Assembly: GCA_040954595.2 (NCBI GenBank)
Contig: CM082592.2
Coordinates: forward strand, 12,129,796-12,193,795
DNA from: Balanoglossus misakiensis
Lineage: Eukaryota > Animalia > Hemichordata
Direction: 5' to 3'
Length of the DNA: 64,000 nucleotides
The position numbers and the translations under genes were made by a program. This document shows, one piece after another, positions 15,001 to 26,569 of this stretch (the first letter of the stretch is position 1; every line of letters starts with the position of its first letter). The notes below the pieces were generated by a model that worked only from the letters and a program-made list of their open reading frames with translations, had not been told where the DNA came from and made no database searches.

Positions 15001-18000
15001 ATTTTGAAAATTAGGTCATTTTTTGAAAAAATCATGGGTTATAGCTCAGGAAAATCGTCAAAAATCGAAGATTTTTCGACTTTGCGAATTTTGAAAATTT
15101 GGTCATTTTTTGAAAAAATCATGGGTTATAGCTCAGGAAAATCGTCAAAAATCGACGATTTTTCGACTTTGCGAATTTTGAAAATTTGGTCATTTTTTGA
15201 AAAAATCATGGGTTATAGCTCAGGAAAATCGTCAAAAATCGACGATTTTTCGACTTTGCGCGACTTTGCGAATCTTGAAAATTGGTCATTTTTTGAAAAA
15301 ATCATGGGTTATAGCTCAGGAAAATCGCAAAAATCGACGATTGTCGACTTTGCGAATTTTGAAAATTTGGTCATTTTTTGAAAAAATCATGGGTTATAGC
15401 TCAGGAAAATCGTCAAAATCGACGATTTTTCGACTTTGCGAATTTTGAAAATTTGGTCATTTTTGAAAAATCATGGGTTATAGCTCAGGAAAATGTCAAA
15501 AATCGACGATTTTTCGACTTTGCGAATTTTGAAAATTTGGTCATTTTTTGAAAAAATCATGGGTTATAGCTCAGGAAAATCGTCAAAAATCGAAGATTTT
15601 TCGACTTTGCGAATTTTGAAAATTAGGTCATTTTTTGAAAAATCATGGGTTATAGCTCAGGAAAATCGTCAAAAATCGAAGATTTTTCGACTTTGCGAAT
15701 TTTGAAAATTTGGTCATTTTTTGAAAAAATCATGGGTTATAGCTCAGGAAAATCGTCAAAAATCGAAGATTTTTCGACTTTGCGAATTTTGAAAATTTGG
15801 TCATTTTTTGAAAAAATCATGGGTTATAGCTCAGGAAAATCGTCAAAATCGAAGATTTTTCGACTTTGCGAATTTTGAAAATTTGGTCATTTTTTGAAAA
15901 AATCATGGGTTATAGCTCAGGAAAATCGTCAAAAATCGACGATTTTCGACTTTGCGAATTTTGAAAATTTGGTCATTTTTTGAAAAAATCATGGGTTATA
16001 GCTCAGGAAAATCGTCAAAAATCGACGATTTTTCGACTTTGCGAATTTTGAAAATTTGGTCATTTTTTGAAAAAATCATGGGTTATAGCTCAGGAAAATC
16101 GTCAAAAATCGAAGATTTTTCGACTTTGCGAATTTTGAAAATTTGGTCATTTTTTGAAAAAATCATGGGTTATAGCTCAGGAAAATCGTCAAAAATCGAC
16201 GATTTTTCGACTTTGCGAATTTTGAAAATTTGGTCATTTTTTGAAAAAATCATGGGTTATAGCTCAGGAAAATGTTGAAAAATCGACGATTTTTCGACTT
16301 TGCGAATTTTGAAAATTTGGTCATTTTTGAAAAAATCATGGGTTATAGCTCAGGAAAATCGTCAAAAATCGAAGATTTTCGACTTTGCGAATTTTGAAAA
16401 TTAGGTCATTTTTTGAAAAAATCATGGGTTATAGCTCAGGAAAATCGTCAAAAATCGAAGATTTTTCGACTTTGCGAATTTTGAAAATTTGTCATTTTTT
16501 GAAAAAATCATGGGTTATAGCTCAGGAAAATCGTCAAAAATCGACGATTTTTCGACTTTGCGAATTTTGAAAATTTGGTCATTTTTTGAAAAATCATGGG
16601 TTATAGCTCAGGAAAATGTTGAAAAATCGACGATTTTTCGACTTTGCGAATTTTGAAAATTTGGTCATTTTTTTGAAAAAATCATGGGTCAGGAAAATCG
16701 TCAAAAATGGACGATTTTTCGACTATGCCAATTTTGAAAATTTGGTCATTTTTTTGAAAAAATCATGGGTTATAGCTCAGGAAAATGTTGAAAAATCGAC
16801 GATTTTTCGACTTTGCGAATTTTGAAAATTTGGTCATTTTTTGAAAAAATCATGGGTTATAGCTCAGGAAAATCGTCAAAAATCGAGATTTTTCGACTTT
16901 GCGAATTTTGAAAATTAGGTCATTTTTTGAAAAAATCATGGGTTATAGCTCAGGAAAATCGTCAAAAATCGAAGATTTTTCGACTTTGCGAATTTTGAAA
17001 ATTTGGTCATTTTTTGAAAAAATCATGGGTTATAGCTCAGGAAAGTCGTCAAAAATCGACGATTTTTCGACTTTGCGAATTTTGAAAATTTGGTCATTTT
17101 TTGAAAAAATCATGGGTTATAGCTCAGGAAAATCGTCAAAAATCGAAGATTTTTCGACTTTGCGAATTTTGAAAATTTGGTCATTTTTTGAAAAAATCAT
17201 GGGTTATAGCTCAGGAAAATCGTCAAAAATGGACGATTTTTCGACTTTGCGAATTTTGAAAATTTGGTCATTTTTTGAAAAAATCATGGGTTATAGCTCA
17301 GGAAAATGTTGAAAAATCGACGATTTTTCGACTTTGCGAATTTTGAAAATTTGGTCATTTTTGAAAAAATCATGGGTTATAGCTCAGGAAAATCGTCAAA
17401 AATCGAAGATTTTTCGACTTTGCGAATTTTGAAAATTAGGTCATTTTTTGAAAAAATCATGGGTTATAGCTCAGGAAAATCGTCAAAAATCGAAGATTTT
17501 TCGACTTTGCGAATTTTGAAAATTTGGTCATTTTTTGAAAAAATCATGGGTTATAGCTCAGGAAAATCGTCAAAAATCGACGATTTTTCGACTTTGCGAA
17601 TTTTGAAAATTTGGTCATTTTTTGAAAAAATCATGGGTTATAGCTCAGGAAAATCGTCAAAAATCGACGATTTTCGACTTTGCGAATTTTGAAAATTTGG
17701 TCATTTTTTGAAAAAATCATGGGTTATAGCTCAGGAAAATCGTCAAAAATGGACGATTTTTCGACTTTGCCAATTTTGAAAATTTGGTCATTTTTGAAAA
17801 AATCATGGTTATAGCTCAGGAAAATGTTGAAAAATCGACGATTTTTCGACTTTGCGAATTTTGAAAATTTGGTCATTTTTTGAAAAAATCATGGGTTATA
17901 GCTCAGGAAAATCGTCAAAAATCGAAGATTTTTCGACTTTGCGAATTTTGAAAATTAGGTCATTTTTTGAAAAAAATCATGGGTTATAGCTCAGGAAAAT

Positions 18001-19800
18001 CGTCAAAAATCGAAGATTTTTCGACTTTGCGAATTTTGAAAATTTGGTCATTTTTTGAAAAAATCATGGGTTATAGCTCAGGAAAGTCGTCAAAAATCGA
18101 CGATTTTTCGACTTTGCCAATTTTGAAAATTTGGTCATTTTTTGAAAAAATCATGGGTTATAGCTCAGGAAAATCGTCAAAAATCGAAGATTTTTCGACT
18201 TTGCGAATTTTGAAAATTTGGTCATTTTTTGAAAAAATCATGGGTTATAGCTCAGGAAAATCGTCAAAAATCGAAGATTTTTCGACTTTGCGAATTTTGA
18301 AAATTTGGTCATTTTTTGAAAAAATCATGGGTTATAGCTCAGGAAAATCGTCAAAAATGGACGATTTTTCGACTTTGCGAATTTTGAAAATTTGGTCATT
18401 TTTTGAAAAAATCATGGGTTATAGCTCAGGAAAATGTTGAAAAATCGACGATTTTTCGACTTTGCGAATTTTGAAAATTTGGTCATTTTTTGAAAAAATC
18501 ATGGGTTATAGCTCAGGAAAATCGTCAAAAATCGAAGATTTTTCGACTTTGCGAATTTTGAAAATTAGGTCATTTTTTGAAAAAATCATGGGTTATAGCT
18601 CAGGAAAATCGTCAAAAATCGAAGATTTTTCGACTTTGCGAATTTTGAAAATTTGGTCATTTTTTGAAAAAATCATGGGTTATAGCTCAGGAAAATCGTC
18701 AAAAATCGACGATTTTTCGACTTTGCGAATTTTGAAAATTTGGTCATTTTTTGAAAAAATCATGGGTTATAGCTCAGGAAAATCGTCAAAAATCGACGAT
18801 TTTTCGACTTTGCGAATTTTGAAAATTTGGTCATTTTTTGAAAAAATCATGGGTTATAGCTCAGGAAAATCGTCAAAAATGGACGATTTTTCGACTTTGC
18901 CAATTTTGAAAATTTGGTCATTTTTTGAAAAAATCATGGGTTATAGCTCAGGAAAATGTTGAAAAATCGACGATTTTTCGACTTTGCGAATTTTGAAAAT
19001 TTGGTCATTTTTTGAAAAAATCATGGGTTATAGCTCAGGAAAATCGTCAAAAATCGAAGATTTTTCGACTTTGCGAATTTTGAAAATTAGGTCATTTTTT
19101 GAAAAAAATCATGGGTTATAGCTCAGGAAAATCGTCAAAAATCGAAGATTTTTCGACTTTGCGAATTTTGAAAATTTGGTCATTTTTTGAAAAAATCATG
19201 GGTTATAGCTCAGGAAAGTCGTCAAAAATCGACGATTTTTCGACTTTGCCAATTTTGAAAATTTGGTCATTTTTTGAAAAAATCATGGGTTATAGCTCAG
19301 GAAAATCGTCAAAAATCGACGATTTTTCGACTTTGCGAATTTTGAAAATTTGGTCATTTTTTGAAAAAATCATGGGTTATAGCTCAGGAAAATGTTGAAA
19401 AATCGACGATTTTTCGACTTTGCCAATTTTGAAAATTTGGTCATTTTTTGAAAAAATCATGGGTTATAGCTCAGGAAAATCGTCAAAAATCGACGATTTT
19501 TCGACTTTGCGAATTTTGAAAATTTGGTCATTTTTTGAAAAAATCATGGGTTATAGCTCAGGAAAATGTTGAAAAATCGACGATTTTTCGACTTTGCGAA
19601 TTTTGAAAATTTGGTCATTTTTTGAAAAAATCATGGGTTATAGCTCAGGAAAATCGTCAAAAATCGAAGATTTTTCGACTTTGCGAATTTTGAAAATTTG
19701 GTCATTTTTTGAAAAAATCATGGGTTATAGCTCAGGAAAATCGTCAAAAATCGAAGATTTTTCGACTTTGCGAATTTTGAAAATTTGGTCATTTTTAAAA
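1..19800. repeat. 87-bp tandem satellite array (~228 monomers), homogeneous core
   Basis: Consensus ttatagctcaggaaaatcgtcaaaaatcgacgatttttcgactttgcgaattttgaaaatttggtcattttttgaaaaaatcatggg repeated head-to-tail. A few recurrent variants (atgttgaaa, gaagat, gacatt, gccaat, attagg, aatgga, aaagtc). Runs off the left edge of the window. Confidence 0.99.
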
Positions 19801-20342
19801 AAATCATGGGTTATAGCTCATGAAAATCATCCAGAAATGACAATTTTTCGACTTTACGAATTTTCGATATTTCTTCATTTTTTGAAAAAAAACATGGGTT
19901 ATAGCTCATGAAAATCATCCAGAAATGACAATTTTTCAACTTTGCGAATTTTCAAAATTTCTTCATTTTTTGATAAAAAACATGGGTTATAGCTCATGAA
20001 AATCATCCATAAATGACAATTTTTCGTCTATGTGAATTTTCAAAATTTCTTCATTTTTTTTAAAAATATCATGGAATATAGCTCATGAAAATCGTCAAAA
20101 AATGACGATTTTTCGAATTTGCGAATTTTCGAAATTTCTTCATTTTTTGAAAAAAACCATGGGTTATAGCTCATGAAAATCGTCAAAAAATGACGATTTT
20201 TCGACTTGGAGAATTTTCAAAATTTCTTCTTTTTTTGAAAAAAATCGTGGGTTATAGCTCATGAAAATCATCAAAAATGGAAAACTTTTCAATTTTGCAA
20301 GTTCATCCTTTTTTCACATTTTCATGGGTTATAGCTCATGAA
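19801..20342. repeat. Diverged edge monomers of the 87-bp satellite (distinct subfamily, ~6 units)
   Basis: The frame motif catgggttatagctca is kept but with shared diagnostic changes (ctcatgaaaat, catccagaaatgacaa, tttcttcat). Last unit ends ...gggttatagctcatgaa at ~20342, then unique DNA. Confidence 0.95.
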
Positions 20343-20433
20343 GTGTGTATTTGAACTACACAAGGATTGATATGAACAACATTCTCAGAATCGCTTTCTG
20401 AAATTGATAATCCGATATTATGGATAGGCCTAC

Positions 20434-20597
20434 CTGTGATATCTCAGATCTGAAAATGCGGAAATGCCAATTCCTGACTTATCGGCGACTCTTCCCAGAG
20501 ACGGGAGGTTTCGAGGCGCTGGTGCGGCATTCTTGGGGGCAATCGTCAGAATTATAATAAGAAATGCTAATAGGCTTTAGATTTGTCTCGGTTCCAT
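20434..20597 (-). other. Candidate first exon (signal-peptide-like, with an in-frame TAA) pointing into the satellite
   Basis: Minus strand reads ATG..MEPRQI*SLLAFLIIILTIAPKNAAPAPRNLPSLGRVADKSGIGISAFSDLRYH, then donor CAG|GTAGGC. CRE palindrome ~220 bp upstream. No homology recognised. Confidence 0.25.
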
Positions 20598-20808
20598 CCC
20601 ACATTTTTCGTCATTCAGTCTGTGCCGAGTGATTTCTGACACGCGGTTACTAAGGGCAACCTAGCCAGTAGGTTATTGTTACCCTATGATCGTATTTACT
20701 CTCGCTCAAATTCCGCCACATCGTTTCTATCGCCGAGACAAGACCTTTGAAGTAATAAAAAAAACATCGGAAGTTTTCTCGGCCAATTCACTATATCGAT
20801 TTAAAATA

Positions 20809-20820
20809 GTGACGTCACTT
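20809..20820. promoter_or_regulatory. CRE/ATF palindrome GTGACGTCAC (identical 12-mer gtgacgtcactt again at 21612-21623)
   Basis: Perfect TGACGTCA consensus twice in a CpG-rich unique region next to the satellite. Confidence 0.35.
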
Positions 20821-21899
20821 TGAGACTTTGCTAATAGCTTTCCAAGACGATTGATGACTTCATTGTCATATCATTGCGCTCTATATCGGATATTGTAAAA
20901 ACACGAATCGAGACCGGAATTGTTATCTTCAGTAGAGATTACATGACATATGAAAATAATTGTTGATTTCGATCTGTAAAGGAGAAAACGGCCCTTGCTA
21001 CAGTATTTTCCGATTTTCTGGTTGCAGTGAAGTCCCGGTCAAAGCGTCACCCAATAAAGATTCGGCACACGTCAATCGTTTGAAGGAGAGTGAAAACGAT
21101 AATGTAAACTTGAAGATTATATCCGTCTACAGTCTTTGATTTAAAAAGAACCAGTCCTTCCTGAGCGACGCGAAATTATTTCAGTTCTTTTAAATATTGA
21201 GTTCCCATCCTAACATCCGATTGGAGTGTAATATCAACTCTCCAGTGTTATGTAGGGAGATTATAAGTGTATACTAGTATTACGCGATGGATGTAAAGAG
21301 CCATCATATATTGAATTCGCTCTATATAAAGTATGGCTGATTACCGTGGAATTCTTTCATTTAAGTCAGCGTTTTAACTGACTATATTTTTAGGACGGTG
21401 TAAGATTTGTCTAGGTAATATAATTCTCAATGAGAATGTGTAATAGCTTCGGTACGCCCACACACGGGAATGACGAATATGTGCGTACATTATTGAACGC
21501 AACAAACAAATGCCTCGCTGAAATGTTGTACCATAAATGTCATTTGTGTTGCACGAGTTTAATTGCTATTTACAGAAACATTACCAAGAGAAGGGCGTAG
21601 CTACTGTGCGTGTGACGTCACTTAATTAATAATTCAAATTTCTCTTAAGGGTTGACGTCCACCCACGCTGATGATGTGTAAATGTCACACCGAACAGAAC
21701 GCCTGTTTTGTAAATCTGACAACGAAATTTGACTTCATTTCCAAATCTTTTGTCGTGGCAGACATGTACACGTGTCATAGAAAAGGTCCCATGGAGCATG
21801 ATGTTCGCATAACGGCCGAATCGAAATTCAATGTTCAACTAAAACCTCCACACACCGTGCTTACATTCCTACCAAGCTGAAGTCAAAACATATTTTTAG

Positions 21900-22180
21900 A
21901 TTGTTTTCTCTTAAAATTTGAGAATAAAAACAAGGGATTAGCGAGCAATTATTTTGAATGATATTGAATCAGCAAAACTATCTCAAATTTGACGTTCAAA
22001 TTGGCCGCCAAACGCTGTGTTAACTCTACGGGGAAAATTTATTAAAACAAGGCGGTGAACACCCTGTTTTCTTCATTTTCAAAAAGTCTCCTTACACACT
22101 TTAATATAGCAAAGAATTACAAAATGTAAAAGGTTTGTAGAACTCTAACTGTGGTGTTTTTGAAAATCTGCCCCGAGGTG
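21900..22180 (-). mobile_element. Fragment of a non-autonomous DNA-transposon-like interspersed repeat
   Basis: Reverse complement shares cacctc.ggg.cagattttc, gtgttcacc and cccc.tagagtt.ac with 36784-37020. A further short match (ctcagggacagat) occurs near 63520. Boundaries approximate. Confidence 0.5.
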
Positions 22181-22606
22181 AATATAATAGAAGTTAAAGC
22201 ATAGTTTCTACGATTGAATAGAAATGTTAGCACCAACGCGGAGAACCCTTGCACGCTCCTGGGTAACACAAAGCACATGGTTGTAACACGAACCGGAAGC
22301 CTTCACTCGCATGCCGTCTGGACTATTTGAGTCTGTGGTTTTGAGTACATCCACACTGAGTTGTCCGGCGTGTTCAGAGAAGCGATCAGAAATAATTTAA
22401 AAAAAAACTTGTAGATGCAATTGGTTTCAACAACTGTACACTTTAGAATAATAACTTTAAACCCCGAAAGTATCATAGGGAGGAAATTTTCTCATTTCAC
22501 GGTAATTCGAAATGTATTGGATCTTTACAGTCTATTTATGGTAACATGGATTCAATAGAGATGTTAAAGACTGAACGAAATCGAACCAGACACCGGTAGA
22601 AAGGGG

Positions 22607-22679
22607 CAGACAGACAGACAGACAGAGAGAGATACATACAGAGATACAGACAGACAGAAAGACAGACAGACAGACAGAC
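22607..22679. repeat. (GACA/GAGA)n microsatellite
   Basis: Imperfect cagacagacaga... run. Confidence 0.9.
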
Positions 22680-25594
22680 TCAATTCAACAGAGAAAGCTT
22701 AGCAGGCAGCGACACACAGGAAAATCGGTGGCACATAATTTACTAGCAACTACACGTAATAGAGTACACTATGTTATTAAGAACACGGTTCTCATTTTGC
22801 CTCTCTGACCTTTGAATTACACCCGAAACAACGTCATTCGGCATAAAAAAAAGCTATAATCGGATTAAGAATAGGAAATATCTCGACACTTGACACGTGA
22901 ATTACGAACGTGAATTGTATTCACGTACATATCAAATTTAGAGATGTCATCGCTGCACAGCGTGTATTGTGTCATATAATCGAACAGGTAGACAAAATAC
23001 ATCTGTGACTAATGAAACAGGTGAATAAATGAAGCCGTATTCTCTGATGTCTATATTTTTGAAGAGATCGAGCGACTACAATATGTGAAATCTTCCGAAA
23101 TATTAGCTTAGAGTACGGTCACTGCCGAGCTTAGAGTAACTGTGCGCCGAATATATCTTCCATTTGACGATTGTCATTTTTTTTACTCAGTCACTGGAAA
23201 AACAATCATACAAGCAAACAAACGTGTACATTCAAATTCTAATAATGTAGACTCAATAAATTTACCAATCCGACAATGATTCTAAGGAAAGTTGAAGTTA
23301 ACGAATTTCCCCCTTCGCTTTCGGCTGACCACTTATAATTATATCCGCGTGTTTTCCCCGATCGAATGTTGCCGGCGAAACACTTTTATAAATTAGTCGA
23401 AATGCTACCAGTCAGAGATAGGACTCATTGTACACGTTGGCGGAAGTTTTAGGTTTCATACACGGGTTCCTTCCTGATTTTCGCGGGAGAAAAAGTTACA
23501 CGCCAGTGTGTATATAGGTCGATACAGACAGCAGTCACTGTGGTAATGAGATTTCGGTATGGTACGCAGCAAAACAGAACTTCAAGAACAGGAAATGCAG
23601 AAAATAGCTGTAAACTCCCAAAAGCTGATTCGGAGAAATACTGCGTTCTGTGATTTCCTTCGGGTACTTTCCGCGTTTGCTTGTGTTTTCGAGTTTACTC
23701 AGTAACGCCAAACTGTAAGATGACAGAAGCCGCAAATGGATTTATGAACGTACTAAGTTCATGTACTTGTTGGTCGGTATTCCATTACTAGTAGTATATA
23801 TCCGTATGGGATATTAGATCTTGGGAGTGAGAAACGATTATGCGGGCGTCACCAACGGTGAAATGTATTGTTGGCCGACAAGGCATGATACTCCCACCGG
23901 GGACGCTTTAATTTTGTGTCGACAAATGTCATCTCACGATATGACGGTGCACACACAATTGTAATCATGTAAAATTAATCAGATAAAATAAGACACAACA
24001 ATATAAAAAATTCATAATGTCTGCCTTATAGCTAATTCATTCTTTTTAAAATTATGAATCCTTTGTGGGCGAGAAAATCCCCATGAGCATCTGCCTCTTT
24101 TATTATTAATGATTTTCAAAAGGCGATACTTCTTAACCTGTCTGGGTAATGATTATTAATGCAGATATCACATAAAACAAAATGTGCAGGTTCTATTATT
24201 TATTAACAATTGAGGTTTAAAATATTCCACAGACAATTTTTGTGGGTTTGGCCATTTACTTTTAAAGGGCAAAATGTCAGCCACTGCACTATAAAACATC
24301 TGGCTATTTTCAGGAGTACTTTTTTTATCAACTAAATTTCCTTGTTTTCTCCCTAAAGTATCACAACACCTCTAGTTTTCTCAACAAGTCATGTCTATGT
24401 ACCAACATTCAGATGGTTGGAGCCCCTCCCCTCAATGTCCATAGCGTCTAATAATTTCAGTCTCAACAGATTTCACAATGTTCAAAATTTATTTGCTGTT
24501 TGAACTCAACAGTCCAGCTCTTAAAACATTATTACAAATTAATTTCAGCTGTCAGAACACAGAGTTTTCCAATACACTTCAGCTGTCAACAGTGTTTCAC
24601 ACACATGACATCAAAATCATTTACAAGATGGGAACAAAGCAGAATGGAAGAACATTGTTATTATGCATGAAATTGAAACACCTTTCTAAGTTTGTTATTT
24701 CAATCACAAACGAACTTAGGCATATTGTGGTAATCAACAAAATTTAAGGATGTAAACTGCTTACAAACATTATACTGAATGCTTTCTGACACAGCCAAAA
24801 TGCATACATGTCTAATTTCAAAGGTCTCGAAGAATTTAATAACTTGCGAAAAATACAGAGCTTTATACAACAGGCAGATGATAAAAACTACATTTTATGC
24901 TATCTTAAGATATTGTACATATAGCACTGTTGACAAATCCACTATCAATCAACAAGCTGTTTTTGCCTCATTAGCACAGGAAAGACTTGCCATAGAGGGC
25001 GCTCTCTTGTGTCACAGAGAGCACCCTCTTTTGGATGAACAACTGGAACTAAGTTATAATTACACCAAACCACAAAATACTGCTCTACAGTTTATTAATG
25101 TGCAACTATCTCATTTGTCTACTGACCCTAATGAAAAGGCGTCTTTGCTTGTGGTACAAAATTCCAATTTACACTGACAAAATTGACAGGATATTTGAAC
25201 AAAAGCAAAAAAAAGTCAAGAATTCTTCAGATCCTTTGATTTCATCACCAAAGTCCTTGTAATAAAACCGACTACATACTTGTACAGCACACAATCACTA
25301 AGACCATGGCATACCACCACAATGACTGCTCTTTGTAGCACACACATAATCTACTGTGAAGTACCAGTGTGGTCTGAAATATTGATCCCACAAAAGACAC
25401 CATTGCAATGGACAGTCAAAGACATGCCTAGAGGGAAAGCATGTCCTGTAATTTTCGTGTTCCAAGAAAGTACTCTTAAAAATACAGCTACGACTTTAGG
25501 CTGGTTTGGTCAAAAATATATATCCTCTGAGTACATTAACAATCCATATTGTGACATCACACCACAAAAAGTTTACTCTAATTTGCTGCAGCGA

Positions 25595-25635
25595 CTATTT
25601 CATTTCTTTGATTTTATTTTGGGGTACACATTTGA
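25595..25635 (-). CDS. NIPSNAP: Probable alternative terminal exon of NIPSNAP (VKCVPQNKIKEMK*)
   Basis: Strong acceptor ccttgtctgttttccag, phase-1 compatible with exon 26846-26929. It lies downstream of a proximal AATAAA (25885-25890) and is followed by ~1.4 kb of UTR-like DNA with AATAAA at 24199-24204. Confidence 0.45.
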
Positions 25636-26569
25636 CTGGAAAACAGACAAGGGCCTCAGTGTAAGAGTTGTGAATTCTATGATACACTACAAAAAATCAT
25701 ACACTTACTCTAAAAGAAAGCACTGTTACTTCACAAGGGATGATCCATCATTTCAATGTATTTAGCTCTGGCAACCATATTGGAAATTAAATGAGGTCAT
25801 GAGTCATTGAGCATGGCAATGAGTCAATAATTTGCATATGCATGACCAGTTAATCAGAATGCTTGCATCAAATTTGACAAGGATTTTATTACATTCTCTT
25901 GCATACCAATCCATGTGAAAAGCTTAACTTTCTTGTGCACCATCTTGATTATGGGTTCTGATCACATGCTTTTCAGGTGACTGACATTTTCTGACTAACA
26001 AGACGAATAATGCCATCTACCATGACAAGTGGGGCTGATTGCCATGTAAATACCATGAGCTGTAAAACAGATAACAGAGTTCTGAAAGGGAAACATCATG
26101 CTGCACAGAGTAAAAGAATGAAACTGGTATGTTTTAAACATACTAATGGTTTGGTATGGAGAACATAGAACTTGGTAGAGAAAATGAAAATATATAGAAT
26201 GCTGAATTTCATACTGCAATCTGAGGTTTGAAGAAACTACAGCAACAAGGCTTGGGAGATGAGAGTGTACACATTTTCTGCCAATGTGTTATCTACGCTG
26301 GTCACAGACAGAAAAGTGGCCTGTGTTTTGCAGTTTTAGTTTCTTGTAATATTTTAAACTACATCACACATCATTTAAACCACTGCCTTCTCAAATTAAA
26401 AATAATTAAATTTCAACACAAACATTGCTGTATGCATTCATAATAAGAGTCAGTTGATTACAAAATCAAACTAATTTGACGGGTGCTGATGATAGAAAAA
26501 ATAGTGGTCTTCATGGTCCACGGTGCCAATGCTATCCTGTTGTGCCAGTTTGGCCAGGTCAGAGGTCAT

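Noticed and set aside
15240-17830. Burst of indels and a 10-bp duplication (cgactttgcg x2 at ~15251-15270); similar noise in 1-8700
   Set aside because: Nearly all are homopolymer length changes flanking an error-free 8.7-15.2 kb block. More likely low-coverage read or assembly error than biology.
1-19800. CRISPR array or telomere interpretation (GGGTTA once per monomer)
   Set aside because: No unique spacers or cas genes, and the DNA is eukaryotic. A single hexamer per unit is not a telomeric tract.
507-19911. Long repetitive ORFs (MRILKIWSFFEKIMGYSSGKSSKIDDFSTL)n
   Set aside because: They result from an 87-bp (29-codon) unit with one open frame. Starts are mostly TTG, a common variant adds TGA, indels shift frame freely and variants show no silent-site bias.
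21626-26443. Short ORFs in intergenic and 3'UTR DNA (e.g. 24779-25177, 25280-25765)
   Set aside because: No recognisable domains, atypical composition, and antisense to the probable NIPSNAP 3'UTR.
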